The notes beneath the pieces are model-generated. The model was not told where the DNA came from and did no database searches. It saw nothing but the letters and a program-made list of their open reading frames with translations. From Oculina patagonica (Eukaryota): 64,000 nt of DNA. This document shows positions 1 through 13,600 of this stretch, in pieces (the first letter of the stretch is position 1; the number at the start of each line of letters is the position of its first letter). The translations under genes and the position numbers were made by a program. Location: assembly GCF_052425735.1 (NCBI RefSeq), contig NC_135768.1, positions 7,812,001-7,876,000 on the forward strand, read 5' to 3'.

Positions 1-681
1 ATCGATTCCCGTTTTTGGACAACGCTTCTACGCAATTAAAATAAAGAGTAAATATTTATGAACTACAATATGCTGTACAAGGTGTTTATTATTATTTTTT
101 TTGAGAAGGAAAAATTTTTGGATATAACTTATATGTGCTAATGATAATTACATCCGACTTTTAAAGAAGCTATTGTCACGATATTTTAAGTGTTTTTGAT
201 TGTAAACAAAATTGTTTTCGAATTGAAGGAAAACTCAAAAATAGTTGTTTAAAAGTTAAAAATATGTACCGAAGCAGTTATAATAAATCGAAAATAAATA
301 AGGATGGTTATGACCGGAGAAAGACTTAAACAGATTATGAACAAAAATAAAAATAAAAAATCGGCCGCCAATTTTTCCCAAGATCGTCCGTCGCGATGTA
401 GGATGGCTCTTATATAACTAGACAGGTCTCCTTGTGAAATATTTATTTATGATGTTCTTACTGAATCATCGTTTACTTTTTGATATCAATTTATGAAAAC
501 TAGCAGGTTTTCGTGAAAAGATTTTGGGGTAAACAAACTTAGAAATCGAGTTTTGTATTTATTTCCTTATGTAGCTTTCTTTAAAGTACCAGAATGTTGA
601 AGACTTTTTTTTAATTTACATATTTCATAACCACACTTTCGAGAAATTTTCCGTTTATTTGTTTTAAGGTTTTCTTAAAAC

Positions 682-1037
682 TTATTCGTGTCTTCGAAAA
701 AATTTACGAGTTTTTTTTTTAAATCGCAGTCAATTTTTTTAAAGCGTTTGAGTTTAAAAGCGAACGCGCACGATGGCGAACTGAGAAATATTACAAAAAA
801 TTATTCTTCGTTAAAGTCAACTGTTAAACATGCAGACCGTTTGTTTGTACAAAAAAAAATTATTCGTGTCTTCGAGAAAAAAAAAAACATTCACGTAGTT
901 TATTTAAATCGCGCTGAATTTTTTTTAAAGCGTTTTAGTTAAAAAGCGAACGCGTACCATGTCGTACTGAGAGATGTTACGAAAGATTATTCTTCGTTAA
1001 AGTCAACTGTTAAACATCCACACCGTCTGTTTTTACA
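682..1037. repeat. Diverged tandem duplication, 2 x about 175 bp, upstream of gene A
   Basis: The units at about 682-850 and 860-1037 share TTATTCGTGTCTTCGA, AAAAGCGAACGCG and TTATTCTTCGTTAAAGTCAACTGTTAAACAT. Confidence 0.85.
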
Positions 1038-1373
1038 TGACTTACAAGGCCGATACCGCCGATTTGTTTCGCACGCAATTCGTATAGCATCCTTGACTAC
1101 GGTTTATTCAAATTTGCAACAAACCCGTCGACGTTTTATTTGCTGTTTGATTTCAGAGTGGTGTGATTGGCCAGCGTAAATGACATCTCGCCGGGAAGTG
1201 GTCAATTATTCATGCGAACGCAATTTACATTTTCGCAGAATTTCCTCGACTCGAGAGCGAAAAATACAAACCAGCGTTGTAATCGAATGGAATCTTTTAT
1301 ACTTTGTATTCTTCGATAAGAGCTGTGGTACATAGATTCCTCGTTTTGAAGACGTTATTTGCAAGGATCTATC

Positions 1374-1593
1374 ATGCAGTGCGAAAAGCCCGCTGGAGGA
1401 TTCCTAAAAATCATTTTGGTAAGTTTGCAGGTTTCAAGCGTTTTACTTCAAACACCATAACACAAGTTAACGAATCACCGCTGCCAAACCAACCGGCTAA
1501 CTTAACTATTCTGTGATCTTTTACAGCTATTAAAACTATTGTTGGCGATTTCGCTATGGACAGAAGCGGCCCGATACATACAGACTGCAAGAG
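1374..1593 (+). CDS. Gene A exons 1-2 (1374-1418, 1527-1593): signal peptide
   Basis: ATG...TTG|GTAAGT, 108-nt intron, TTACAG|CTATTA...AGAG|GTAATG. The joined product has a hydrophobic core (FLKIILLLKLLLAISLW), and its phase-1 end matches the CUB exon. Confidence 0.75.
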
Positions 1594-4500
1594 GTAATGT
1601 TACTATATCAGTACTGTTGAGTGCTTCAGTTTGTTATTTTGCGGGAACGAAGTGAAGGGCCCCTGGAACACTTTTATTATAATTTGCCAGTATTCTTATC
1701 GCGGGGATTGTTTTGAAGTTCGCTATGTCATAACTCCTTGCAATACACTGCGTATTTTTTAGCTTTTTATTTTTTTAGAAAAAAATACTGTGGCCTTTGT
1801 TCAGCGTTTTAAAAGTTAGCGAGGTTTACCGCTACAAACGAAATTCGCGCGAGATACATCTCGGCGAAAAAACAATCATCGACTTGCATAATCGAATGAA
1901 ATTGTTTGCAGTATGAATAATAGCAACGAGTCTCGAAAAGCTTTCTTTATACACCATCGTTAGGTTCTTTTTGAAGAAATTAAAGAAGTAAAATTATTAA
2001 GAAGGGATGGAGTATATTATTTAATGTTTTTCAATTAAAAGTGGAGTGAAATACAATCATTTTCGCTGTTAAGTCGCCCGTACTTATCACACGGGGTATA
2101 ATAGATAACTGACTGATGTGGTCGCTTATCTCCTTGCGAACACGGTAAAATAGATGTATATTTTCTTCTTGAATGTGAAAATATGTGTCCAAATTAACTG
2201 ATCGTCCGTGTGTTTTTAAAACATTTCTTTGCAACATTCAATATTAATTTAACCTTACAGCGCGAAAGACGAAACTCTCCTTATTTTGTATGTCTTTAGG
2301 TCCGTAAAAGACCTATTCTGGGTAAAATTGGGTTTCTATTTTAAAGATGGAATATTGTATCGAAGTTTAAACAGAGCGGGCGAAGAAAATGAGAGTAAGG
2401 AAATATCGAGAAACAAAAACATTTGCGACATAGGTAAATTATTTTCTCTTCTTGTTCACAACAACCCATTGAAAAGTCCGTTATGAATGACATTTCGTTT
2501 GTCTCTGCGGTTTCGCCATTGGTGGAATAGACAGCGCAGGTGAAAGAACACAATAAAATGCTCGAAGTTCGCTTTCAACTGACGTAGGTGAAATTTGGTT
2601 AAACTTTTTTCCTTTCACTCCATTTGAAAAAAAAAGTTGCTTTTTGACTTGTATTGCACGACAAACTTGAAAGTGTGGTTAAATTCTTTTGATATTTAAT
2701 GCTGAATTTCCGAAGTAATCACGATTTTTCATGGAGAAAGTTAATCATTTTGAGACAACTCTATTCTTTTTACTATGCAAAATTTTGGCGTTCTTGAAAA
2801 GTATTCGAATAGCGTACTTTAAATAGCGGCTACTTCTGTTGGTACCTACGGCTGTGAATTTCTTGGCATTCAGATCTATGCTCCGGGTACTGATCATAAA
2901 CGAAAAAATTTCGTATTCTATATAACTTTTTGAAATTCGCTGCATACGTGATAAATTGAAGTTTTCATAATCCGTTAGGCTATCTAGACCTTTGTATAAA
3001 TGTATGGCGATACAGATAACGTTTTACGAAGAAACAAAGATAGGTGTAACCATCAATCAAACCGACATGTATAAATTTTGGGCAACTAACGGAAAGGAAA
3101 TTGTTATATAGTTAATATGTGTTTAGAAAAATCTAGTGATTTCCTGTTATAGCCAATAATTTCGGAGAGTACATTTCGCTCCCTAAAATTTAGTTTGTGC
3201 AGTTTTTAAAAATTTTCCTTCGAGAATACGAAAGCAAGCCGAGTTCTAAAACTTCTTTTTACACTGTTTGACCTGGGTTGTGAATCTCAGCAGCTATTAT
3301 TTTTAAGTTTTCTGGTTACATACTACTCAGTTAAAAAGCGGCCTAAAACGGCTGCAGGTTTTGCTAACTAATAATGAAATAGAAAGCATCTTTAGTGAAA
3401 TTACAATTCTGTAACGGCTTGTTTTTTATCGTTGGCTGTTAAAGTCATTACGCTGATGTAATGGAACGATCAGAAATTTAAAATCCGCCAAATATCTCCT
3501 ACTGCGAACTTAAAAATAGAACTTTTTTCGCGATATCCGACGAAACGTTGCAAGCTGCAACAACATCAAAATTTATAAAAACGTTTCAGTAAAAACATGT
3601 GCTTCTTTGCGTGTAACAAGTAGCGGTATATTTTACTTTATTTACTGGCATTCCTAAAACTTGCAATTTTTATAGTTATTACTGTTTGACGTTTTACGAA
3701 CGCTTTACATAACGGAATTAAATTTAGAGAACTTTCTAGAGTAAGGATATTCGTTTACTTTCAGGTGCCTCGTGTTAGCGGAAGTTTCGGTCGTGTCTTT
3801 GCTGTCGTGGAGATAAAAAAAGGGTCTGTCAAAATTTCAATTATTTGCTGGCTGTCAGTAAAAAAAAATGATATATTTGGCAGTTTCCAGTCAAAAGTTG
3901 TCACCATTCATAATCTGTGACTATTTGTGAATTTAGAAAGGATAACAAAGCTTTCTGTGGTTAAAAAAAATAATATGTTCAAATCCTATTTTATAGCTAG
4001 AGAACGGTTCCTATGTCTTATCCTCGTCAGCTATATTATCAACCCCGCCATTGTCAAATTTGACCGTTAGGGTAATTTGTGAGTTTTATATTTTCGATGG
4101 AGACTACTTGTCTGTCAGGTAAAATATTGGCTGATAGTTAGCTTTTCATGGCCACTGAGACCATCCAAAAGGAAGAAAAACTCGATAAAGTAAAATCATC
4201 CAAGATGATTTGCAGCTTTGTTTAAACTTTTTGGCATTAAAATCCTAAACTTGTGGTAAGCATTTGTTCAAACAGAAATCAACTAAACTCATAGAGAAGA
4301 TTATAATTTTAAACATACCTAAATCGCATTTATTCATGGTTTTAAAACGCATGTGGCATTAAGCAAGTTTAGCACACGACTTTCTTACAAGTGAACAAAA
4401 AATAACGTGTTATCGTCCCAGAGTGTTCACAATTGGGGATTCATGCAGAACCAGGCCCTTTGAAGTACTAAATTTATTCTTTTATCTCTCGTTTTATGAG

Positions 4501-5141
4501 TTGACGTATTTAATCCAATTCTTCAGTTTGATGAATAAGCTACCTGTTAATTTGGCATTATTGTTTCAAGGTTTGAAAACGGACGCGTATTTCAGTCTAA
4601 AAGAGTTTCGCTTATTTTTTCTTGTCCGCCCCGTTCTGTGAAGTAAACATGTAGTCATTAACCATAAATTACTTTCACGAGTGATTCCTTTACTGAATCC
4701 CAATAAGAAAAGGCGATGGTAAATACAATAAAGCCATAATCTAAAACTGGCAAAAAAAAGAAAATCTGCTAGCGTGTCCTTCGTCGAAATCAGCATGCCA
4801 CCGGCTAGAATTTAGAACACCTTGCTATTTTGGGCACCCCATCTCCTTTTTATATCCGAGCCACTTGAATAACAAACGCATTGCAGCATTGAAAATGGCG
4901 GCAAGATGGAGATGTGTTTCAAGGAATTGTAACAATATTGTATCGTGACAAGATCTTTAGCGGCCGTTGTCTCGATCGTCACGCAACGCTTCTTTAAAAA
5001 GGTGCCGGTGTTGTGTGACACTAAAACTGCTTGCTTTACAATAAGAAACTGCTTCCTTTACTTGCTTTCTATTGATTTTTGCTAACTTGCTTCTTGCTTC
5101 TTTCCAACTGTTGTAAAGTGTTGTAAACTGCATTAAAGCGT

Positions 5142-5173
<32 letters not shown>

Positions 5174-5652
5174 TATCAACTTTTGCATCAAACTATTTCT
5201 TCCTCTTAGCCGGTTTGTAGCAAGTAAAAGACGGGTGGCATTGTTCCTCAGATTCAAAACAATTTGATTAATTAGTAAGGCAGAGAAATGTCGACTCGAG
5301 TAACTAATAGACTACAATTTTATCTTGTTTGTTAGAATGCGATATACCGATCGAATTAACTGGTGATAGGGGAAACTTCACAAGTCCAGGTGGATATGAA
5401 GGTTATCCTAACAACACAAACTGCAGGTAACATGAAATAAACGGTGCCATGCGTGGCACGATTTATTGTTGATAAAATTTCATGTTTAAAACGTTCTTGC
5501 ATTATACGAAAGTATCAGCTCCTAAGGTAGGAAATTACCAAGGAGGAATGAAATAAGGAAATTGTTTACTCAAATTCTGTTGCGACAATCGACAAAAATG
5601 AAATGGGCACGGTAACCCAGAGAATTCAGTTAACATTAGTGAGTAGAAATTT

Positions 5653-5687
<35 letters not shown>

Positions 5688-8600
5688 TTTTTTGGAAAAA
5701 TTTTTAAAAAACCATTTTTATGTTGTTAGAAGAACGTTTTAGCCGTTTGACTGACGTCTGTCAGTTTAAACACCATAGTCGTTTGAAAAAAGTCCCTCGT
5801 AATCTCCCCAGCAAGGGTAATTTAGCTCAAATAAATAGACGCGGTTTGGAGAAGTTAGAGCTAGCACTGTTTGGAGAAGTCAAAGAAAATAGGGGGGGAG
5901 AGAGGGTGACAAAATTGGTCCTAGCTATCTTTCAAGCTCGTTCACCTTCCTCGTCTACGCTCCTTTCCAAACCGCTTCTAACTACGCATTATTTTTTTAC
6001 TTTATCTTTCTGTATTTCAGTTGGGTCATCAAAGGAGACTATAACGCCAAAATCAACATCACATTTCACGACTTTGACTTGGAATTGAGCAAGACATGTC
6101 TTCCGTATGATTACGTCAAAGTATCAGACATGTGTAACAAGTCAAAGACTTGGTCAAAGAACCTGGGAACAGGAGACAACGAAGATGGATACTGCGGCAA
6201 TATGACTTCGTTTACTGTCACATCACGCTGCCAGAAAGTTCGAGTGCAGTTTAAATCTGATGACTCCATAACGGGAAGAGGATTCAACGCCACCTTTGAG
6301 ATCATTCCTGTTCCAAGTGAGTCGAAAAATCATTAACATTGGACCAATCGATCTGACTAGCCATCCATCCCCCCTCCTTCTCTCCCTCCTTCCCACCCTC
6401 CCGTCCCCCTCCGTCCGTCCATCCGTCCATCCATCCGTAGATCCAACTACNNNNNNNNNNNNNNNNNNNNNNNNNNNNNNNNNNNNNNNNNNNNNNNNNN
6501 NNNNNNNNNNNNNNNNNNNNNNNNNNNNNNNNNNNNNNNNNNNNNNNNNNNNNNNNNNNNNNNNNNNNNNNNNNNNNNNNNNNNNNNNNNACTTACCTAC
6601 CTACTTTCCTTCCAACCCACCACCNNNNNNNNNNNNNNNNNNNNNNNNNNNNNNNNNNNNNNNNNNNNNNNNNNNNNNNNNNNNNNNNNNNNNNNNNNNN
6701 NNNNNNNNNNNNNNNNNNNNNNNNNNNNNNNNNNNNNNNNNNNNNNNNNNNNNNNNNNNNNNNNNNNNNNNNNNNNNNNNNNNNNNNNNNNNNNNNNNNN
6801 NCCTACCTACTTTCCTTCCAACCCACCACCCACCCACCCACTTACCTCCCTNNNNNNNNNNNNNNNNNNNNNNNNNNNNNNNNNNNNNNNNNNNNNNNNN
6901 NNNNNNNNNNNNNNNNNNNNNNNNNNNNNNNNNNNNNNNNNNNNNNNNNNNNNNNNNNNNNNNNNNNNNNNNNNNNNNNNNNNNNNNNNNNNNNNNNNNN
7001 NNNNNNNNNNNNNNNNNNNNNNNNNNNNNNNNNNNNNNNNNNNNNNNNNNNNNNNNNNNNNNNNNNNNNNNNNNNNNNNNNNNNNNNNNNNNNNNNNNNN
7101 NNNNNNNNNNNNNNNNNNNNNNNNNNNNNNNNNNNNNNNNNNNNNNNNNNNNNNNNNNNNNNNNNNNNNNNNNNNNNNNTTCTCCATACTTCCTTCCCTC
7201 CCTTGCTCCATGCCTCCATCCATCCTTGTCATGTATCGTTTGTTTGTTACAATAATCTGACATCTTTTTCGTGCCACGGTTTATTACAGAGCCACCGGAG
7301 ATACTAACATTCTGCCTCGTTGGTACCAAAAACTGTTCAGAAAGTCTGGTTGTAACGGAAACCTTCGATGAGACGCTGAAGTGCGAGGTATCAGCATCTC
7401 CAGAGGCACTGGTCTATTGGTCTTATCTCGGATCAGATCGCAGGAATGCCAATCAACCACTCGACACCCGTGAAAGGCGCATGATCGACAATCACGATGG
7501 AAGTCTACGGATAAGGGGCCTTAGGAGAAATGACACTGGGTATTACAGGTGTTATGCGAATAACTCCGAAGGAGACGACGAACTTGTGATGCATTTGCGC
7601 GTGAAAGGTAAACTGGGGATTGTCATCTTCCAAATTCTCTTCACAAGTCCCTATATACTTCTTATGGCAACAGTGGGGAGAATTCGATGTTTAATATCAG
7701 TGCTTTTAGTAATATTGTTTGTATACTGGATTTTAATTGACTTTTTTTATTTATTTAAATCCACCTTGAAGCTGAAAAGTAGAGAATAAACTCCATGGTA
7801 ATTTAAAGGGCTGTAAAGTAACCAGTTTGTCAAGGTTTCCTCGGTAATTTGCTGGTACCAGTTGGGTTCGGTAGCAGCTCTAGCAAGTCTCACATGAATG
7901 GCTCGCTATCCTTCGAGAGAACAATAAAACGATAGCAGGAACAATGCCTCTAGCCCTAGAAATCAATAACAACTGCTACGCTAGGGGACTAATAGAATCA
8001 CAAGTTTACGAGAGCTGTTACACTACTGCACCAATTTATACCCTTGGGTAGAAAGAGGTGCTGTAAGAAAATGGTGCTGTGTTCAAAAGCAAACAAGGGC
8101 CTTAACTGCAATTACAGACAAAAATCCAACACCCTAACCATAAGACCATTAAGTGCCTCACTCAATGATTAAAGGATGTACATTTAACGGACCTAAGTCA
8201 GCCTCCGCTATTTCCGATACCATCAATATTATGATAACTGTATGGTAAAGCGAAATCTTATTGCATTGCTGTAAGTTGTATTACTTGAACTCTGGTTAAT
8301 TACCTTTAGCAGTTTCACAGAGATATTTTTCGTTTAGACACACGTAAATATAATATAAAATATTAATATAAGAAATATAAATATAATACCAAAACTCTCG
8401 TATGTAATAAACAAAAACAAAGACGCGGCTGACTAGGGTCCTTTAAGGAAATACTGTCATCCTTTTCTCCAATCTTTTTTTTTCTTTGGTTTTCAGAGAA
8501 GTGCAAATGCCCCAAGGTTATCAAGGCTAACTGGTACGACATTCCACCATACATTCGCGACGAAGGATCCGACCGGGAACCCTCTGGCTTATTCCCGATG

Positions 8601-10647
8601 CTTCTCCAAACAATCATTCCACTGTGTTGTGGAAACTGCTCGGAGGGCGACGGTCCGTCATCGATCTCCTACATCGACCAAAAAGAAAACCTGGTAGCCA
8701 TCAAAAATATCCGCAACTTTGAAACTGATGACACGATAACGTTTCCGATCAGTGGCAAGAAGGAGGATCGTTTTTATCAGAATGACTTCAAGTTTATGCC
8801 CCTGGTAGGCTCGCCTGGCGTTGCTTTTATTGTTGTTGACGAGCCACCTGGTACTTCAGCCAACGCCGTGTTCCAATCTGTCCTGTCTGGTTGGCCTGTG
8901 CTTCTTCTCACGCTCATGATGGCCTTACTGTCCGGGATAATTATGTGGGGACTGGTAAGTACGATTCAATCTTGAACACACTCCCCCCTTCCCCGGTCTT
9001 AACTTTTGCTAGGATATCCCCGGCTTACGTGACTGATGAATAAATGACCTAGCTCCCATAAGTTTCTTAAAGCTCAGAGGTCGAACGGCCGACCGTTGTG
9101 CAAAAGGCTATAGATTATATTCTTCTTGGAGTGAAATCTATAACCTGGACTATTTGTCCTTACTAAGTTATGGATATCTCTTTCTCAGTTTATTTATTGC
9201 TTGTGTCTGCGGCGACCACTGTAGTTCTGTCATCTTGAACATCCTCTTCCCCTGTCTCTTGTAGCATCCAGTCTCCCACGACCGAGATCACCCTCACTGA
9301 GATTATCTTGAAGACCCACAATCACTGAGTAAGGAGATTGCATGTTGATATTGATGGAATTTTTTTACCATGATTTTGTTTTAAAGGACACGTGGTATAA
9401 CCCGGACGAGTTTCCGAGGTCGTTTATCAAAGGCAGCGGAGAAGGTTTCTGGTGGGCTTTTGTTACTATGACAACCGTAGGGTGAGTGCTATCTTAAAAT
9501 ATATTTGCAGAGAAAAGTTTTCTCAGCTTACTTCGTATTCTTCTTTTCAAAGAAGACCTGGTTAAAAGAAGAAAGCAACTCTCCAATAAGTAGTTAGTGT
9601 TGTACATTTTTTTTTTTTTGCTACATATTTTTTGGTCAGTTGAATAACAATTCTCTGCTACCTCGTTTTGTTACAGTTATGGCGATCGATCTCCTCGTGG
9701 ATTTGTGGCTCGTATTTTTGCGATAGTCTGGGTTCTCGTTGGCCTCGTTATCACGTCCATTTTCACTGGTGTTGTGACTACTTCCTTGACAGCCATAACA
9801 CTGAGTACTGACGTCAAACTGTATGGTACTAAGGTGGGTTCCAGCCGTGCCCTTAAATTTAGCTGTTATGCATAGAAACTATGAAACCATTTAACAAAAA
9901 GATGATTATACACTTTCCTGGTACTGTTTATAATACCTGTGCAGCTGAGTTAACAGACGAAATCTTAGCCTGTGACCATTTACACGAAAGCTATAAAGCA
10001 GTACTTTCATAGAAAATACAGCCAATCAGAATACAGGAAAGCCGTTGTATATTCGACGGTATTCAACCCAACCTTCCCATCGTGCGCTGCGATTGTATTT
10101 TCGACGAAATTTAGTAAGCGTATTTTCTATGGCATGGTATAAAATAGTTACACAACACTTTCTCGTTGTATACTATGGAATATCCCACGAGTCACTTGTA
10201 TTTTCTTGGTATACACACGAGCCTTTAGGCGAGTTTGTGACTCGTGGGATATTCCATAGTATACCACTCGAAAGCGTTGCATAACTAGTATATACAAGGT
10301 GCTTCTAACTTTTAAGTCAGTGTATGAATTCCTTGTGTGCGGCCATTCCGAACAACGTTAGATTGGCACTGGTTAAAATGCCGCAATAGGTGGATTTAAC
10401 TTTTTTTTTTAATTTGCGTCTGTGGATAAAAACATCAAGCGTGAAGAATAGCCGTTATTGATTTCATTATTTTGAGTAACACTTTTGACATCAAAGGCAG
10501 TTTGTTGGATAACTCGCAGTAGATGTTATTTTATCCTTGCGTTATGGGTGATCATGTTTTAGTAATAGTTCGACTTAATCGCCGACCGGTTAGCTCAGTT
10601 GGTAGAGCGCCGGACTACCGTGCGAGAGGTCTCGGGTTCGAGTCCCA

Positions 10648-10688
<41 letters not shown>

Positions 10689-13600
10689 TATGCTGCCTTT
10701 GCAATGACATCTGCAAATGGTTTGATATTCTAGTCTTCTCGGATAAGGACGATAAACCGTAGGCCCCGTCTCCTGCATCTTCAGTGTCACGGTCAGCAGG
10801 GGACGTAAAAGAACCCACACACTTATCGTTAAGAGAAGGGCATGATGACTTAAGTTAAAGTTACAACTTTTTTGTTACAGATTGCAGCAGTGGCTAACTC
10901 TACCGAGTACCGGCTAGGACTGAATAAAAATGCGAACATGACAGGTTCGTGTTCACTAAGTTTCTTTGGGTTCACGTGTCTATTTTAACTCCAAAAATGA
11001 CTTTGATGTATCAAAAAAAATTAGGGAACAATGCCTATACGTAAGTAATAAGAGATAAAAAGCAATTTCAAGTCAGATTTCGGAGGTGGAAACGTTTAAT
11101 ATATAAGCAGTGATATCTAACACTTAATGACTGGTCTTGAGGGAAACAGTTAATTTTGTTTGCCGAGATTCTAGGGAAACAGAATCAACTAGTTTCCCGA
11201 GGTACCAGTCATTAAATTATTTGTTATGTGTTAAATATATGAAGACCTGTTAACCTTTAGTCACAGAGTTTAACCTTCCGTAAACGAAACCGTCGTTGTG
11301 TGCGACTATTCAATGTTAAGCTTTTGAGCAGTTCTTTCAAATAGTGCTATTTGTCTCTTGAGAACGAAATTTGGATTTTTTTCTCTTTCTCATTTGGACA
11401 TCTTGAGGATTAAAGGTTAGTTATACTTGCATTTAGCCCTATTCTGCGCAGCATGTTGGGCGAGTCACAACATGATGCGTAGAATAGGGCTAAATGGAAA
11501 GAAATAGTTGTTGCCTCATGTCTCACAAGGGATGAAGAGTATTAAGTAAGTAACGAAGTCTACATGCACTGACATGTGTTTTTACTATGTGATTCTAATC
11601 TCACAGCATATCACGACTTACAAGCGATTGTGGAACCTCTGAAGAATCGCGAAAATGGCTTGAAGGGAGTGTTAGTCGACACTTACGTCGCTGGCGAAAT
11701 GTCAGATTTTTCCAGCGAGGAGCTACGTGTCAATAAGATCATTGATCACAACTCGTACTACGGTATTGTATTTGGAGGAGGGAAGCTGGAAGGAAGAGAA
11801 TTTCAAACCTGCTTCGAGGATTATGTCCTGTCGAATCAAGCTGACATCTTTGAGACTGTGAAGCAGAACACTCAACCCATGAGTGTAAGCTTTTTATATA
11901 CATTCATTATATAAACTGCAGTGGTGTGGCGAGTGATAGCAAATCGAGAAAAATGGTATCACACATGTGTGGATAAAAATGATATCCATACATGTGTGTT
12001 ATCATTTTTGACCAATCAGCTCGCAGAATTTGCCATGTTTCAATGTGAAACATCCTCATGTTTCAAGTCGAAACATCTTCGGATCTTCCTCGGCAATCTT
12101 CGGAAAACTTCGGAATCACTCGTACAACCTTACGACAACATTCTAAAAATTTTCGGAAATCTTCTGAAAATGGTCGGGAATCTTCGGAAAATCGTCAAAA
12201 ACATCGTAATTAGTAGGTTTATCCTCTATTACTCATTGCGTTTAGGGTTATGATTGCTTGGAACGACGATGGTCCAAAATGTCGCTCAACGCCATTCTTT
12301 GATAAAATAATATGCCCTAAGTCCTCTATTTTTATCGTTGAGAAAAGCTGAGAGGGGAGAAATTGGACTAAAGTAGCTTTCATTGTGTTCTTGTTTCGTG
12401 ATTGTGAATACGTTCAAATCTAGATATGTTCGGACCATTACATATCTCGGACATCCCAACAGATTCGTTCTGTTCAAAGTTTGAATTCAATTTTTTTCGT
12501 AATTATGAATGGCTGAGCTACTGAGCGAGTGCGACCCCTAACTCCCTTTACCGGAGAAGAGAATAAGGAGTTGGTAGTGACTTTTTTTCCAGGGAGTACT
12601 GTAGCGTAACTGTCCATTCAGTAAAAAAGGCGTGTAAGCGTCTTACGCGTCCATCTGTCTATTTCTACAGGAACCGTCCGAGAGCGCAGCAGTAGAACGT
12701 TCATCCGGGTTATTTGACGCGACCTCTCCCTTGTTCCAAAACGCCATCTACACGTGCCTCGGCCTGCTGCTGTTTTTTACGGCTTGTGGCATTATCTGGG
12801 ATTACGGCTATATGAGGCATTGGAAGAAAAAAGCAGAAATGGGTAAGACCAACGGGATTTTTAAGAGGATCATAAATTTCTCCCCGCAGTTTTTGTGGCT
12901 TTTTCGGCTAGTGTACGTTACAGGAAATAGCTATTGATACATAACGAGCTCTGTTTGGCTACCACTGACATTCATCTTTGGGAATAACATATTATTAGCC
13001 ATTTTTACTCCTGGGTGGAGAATAGTATTATAGTGAGAGTATTGTGTCTTGCCCAAAAACACAACATAAGGCCAGTGGCCATTACCCAAACCCGGACATT
13101 TGCATTTACAATCCAACACGATCTCCACGTACAGTCAACTCCTACTATTACTGACACCTTCGGGACCACGATTTGGTGTCCGCAATAGAGAAAATACGTA
13201 GTGGCGGGAGGTATTTTCAGTAATTCTTATTCGCCGGGATTAAACTCTTTTCCCTAGTAAGGCGGTGTCCGTAAAAGCGAGGTGTCTGCAAGGCGGGAGT
13301 TGACTTTATTCTTTTAAAGGCACACAAAACCATGTGTGTATGAAGCTAAGTGATAAACTACATTTACTTTACTTTGCATATCATGTGGAAATGGCTGTTT
13401 CACAGTTTTGCAACAAATATATCACGATAAACTTCGAATTCTTCATTTCTAGCCATGGAAATTTTGCCGTATCTTGCATTTCCAAAATGACTGACAAGCT
13501 GTCTCGCGTTGCATTGCAGATGAGCTTGAACTGCTCGGTGGACCTGGGTACGAAATGGCCAAGAGGAACCTGGACATGATGGATGCCTTGATGCAGGAGG

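Noticed and set aside
5069-5257. ORF with a poly-Met tract
   Set aside because: Translation of an (ATC)n microsatellite in an intron.
6296-7329. Long ORFs (319, 242, 156 and 125 aa) in the ORF track
   Set aside because: Artefacts of N runs and simple repeats. Exons 4 and 5 join in phase without them, although a hidden phase 1-1 exon under the Ns cannot be strictly excluded.
9387-9833. Conventional Kv, Kir, K2P or CNG channel call
   Set aside because: No S4 voltage sensor, second pore loop or cyclic-nucleotide domain. The pore is flanked by split clamshell halves and followed by an additional TM helix.
10583-10655. tRNA gene
   Set aside because: No proper acceptor stem or terminator, and it continues into a SINE body. 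The same applies to the tRNA-like segments at 27338, 36810-36885, 46455-46502 and 58734-58800.
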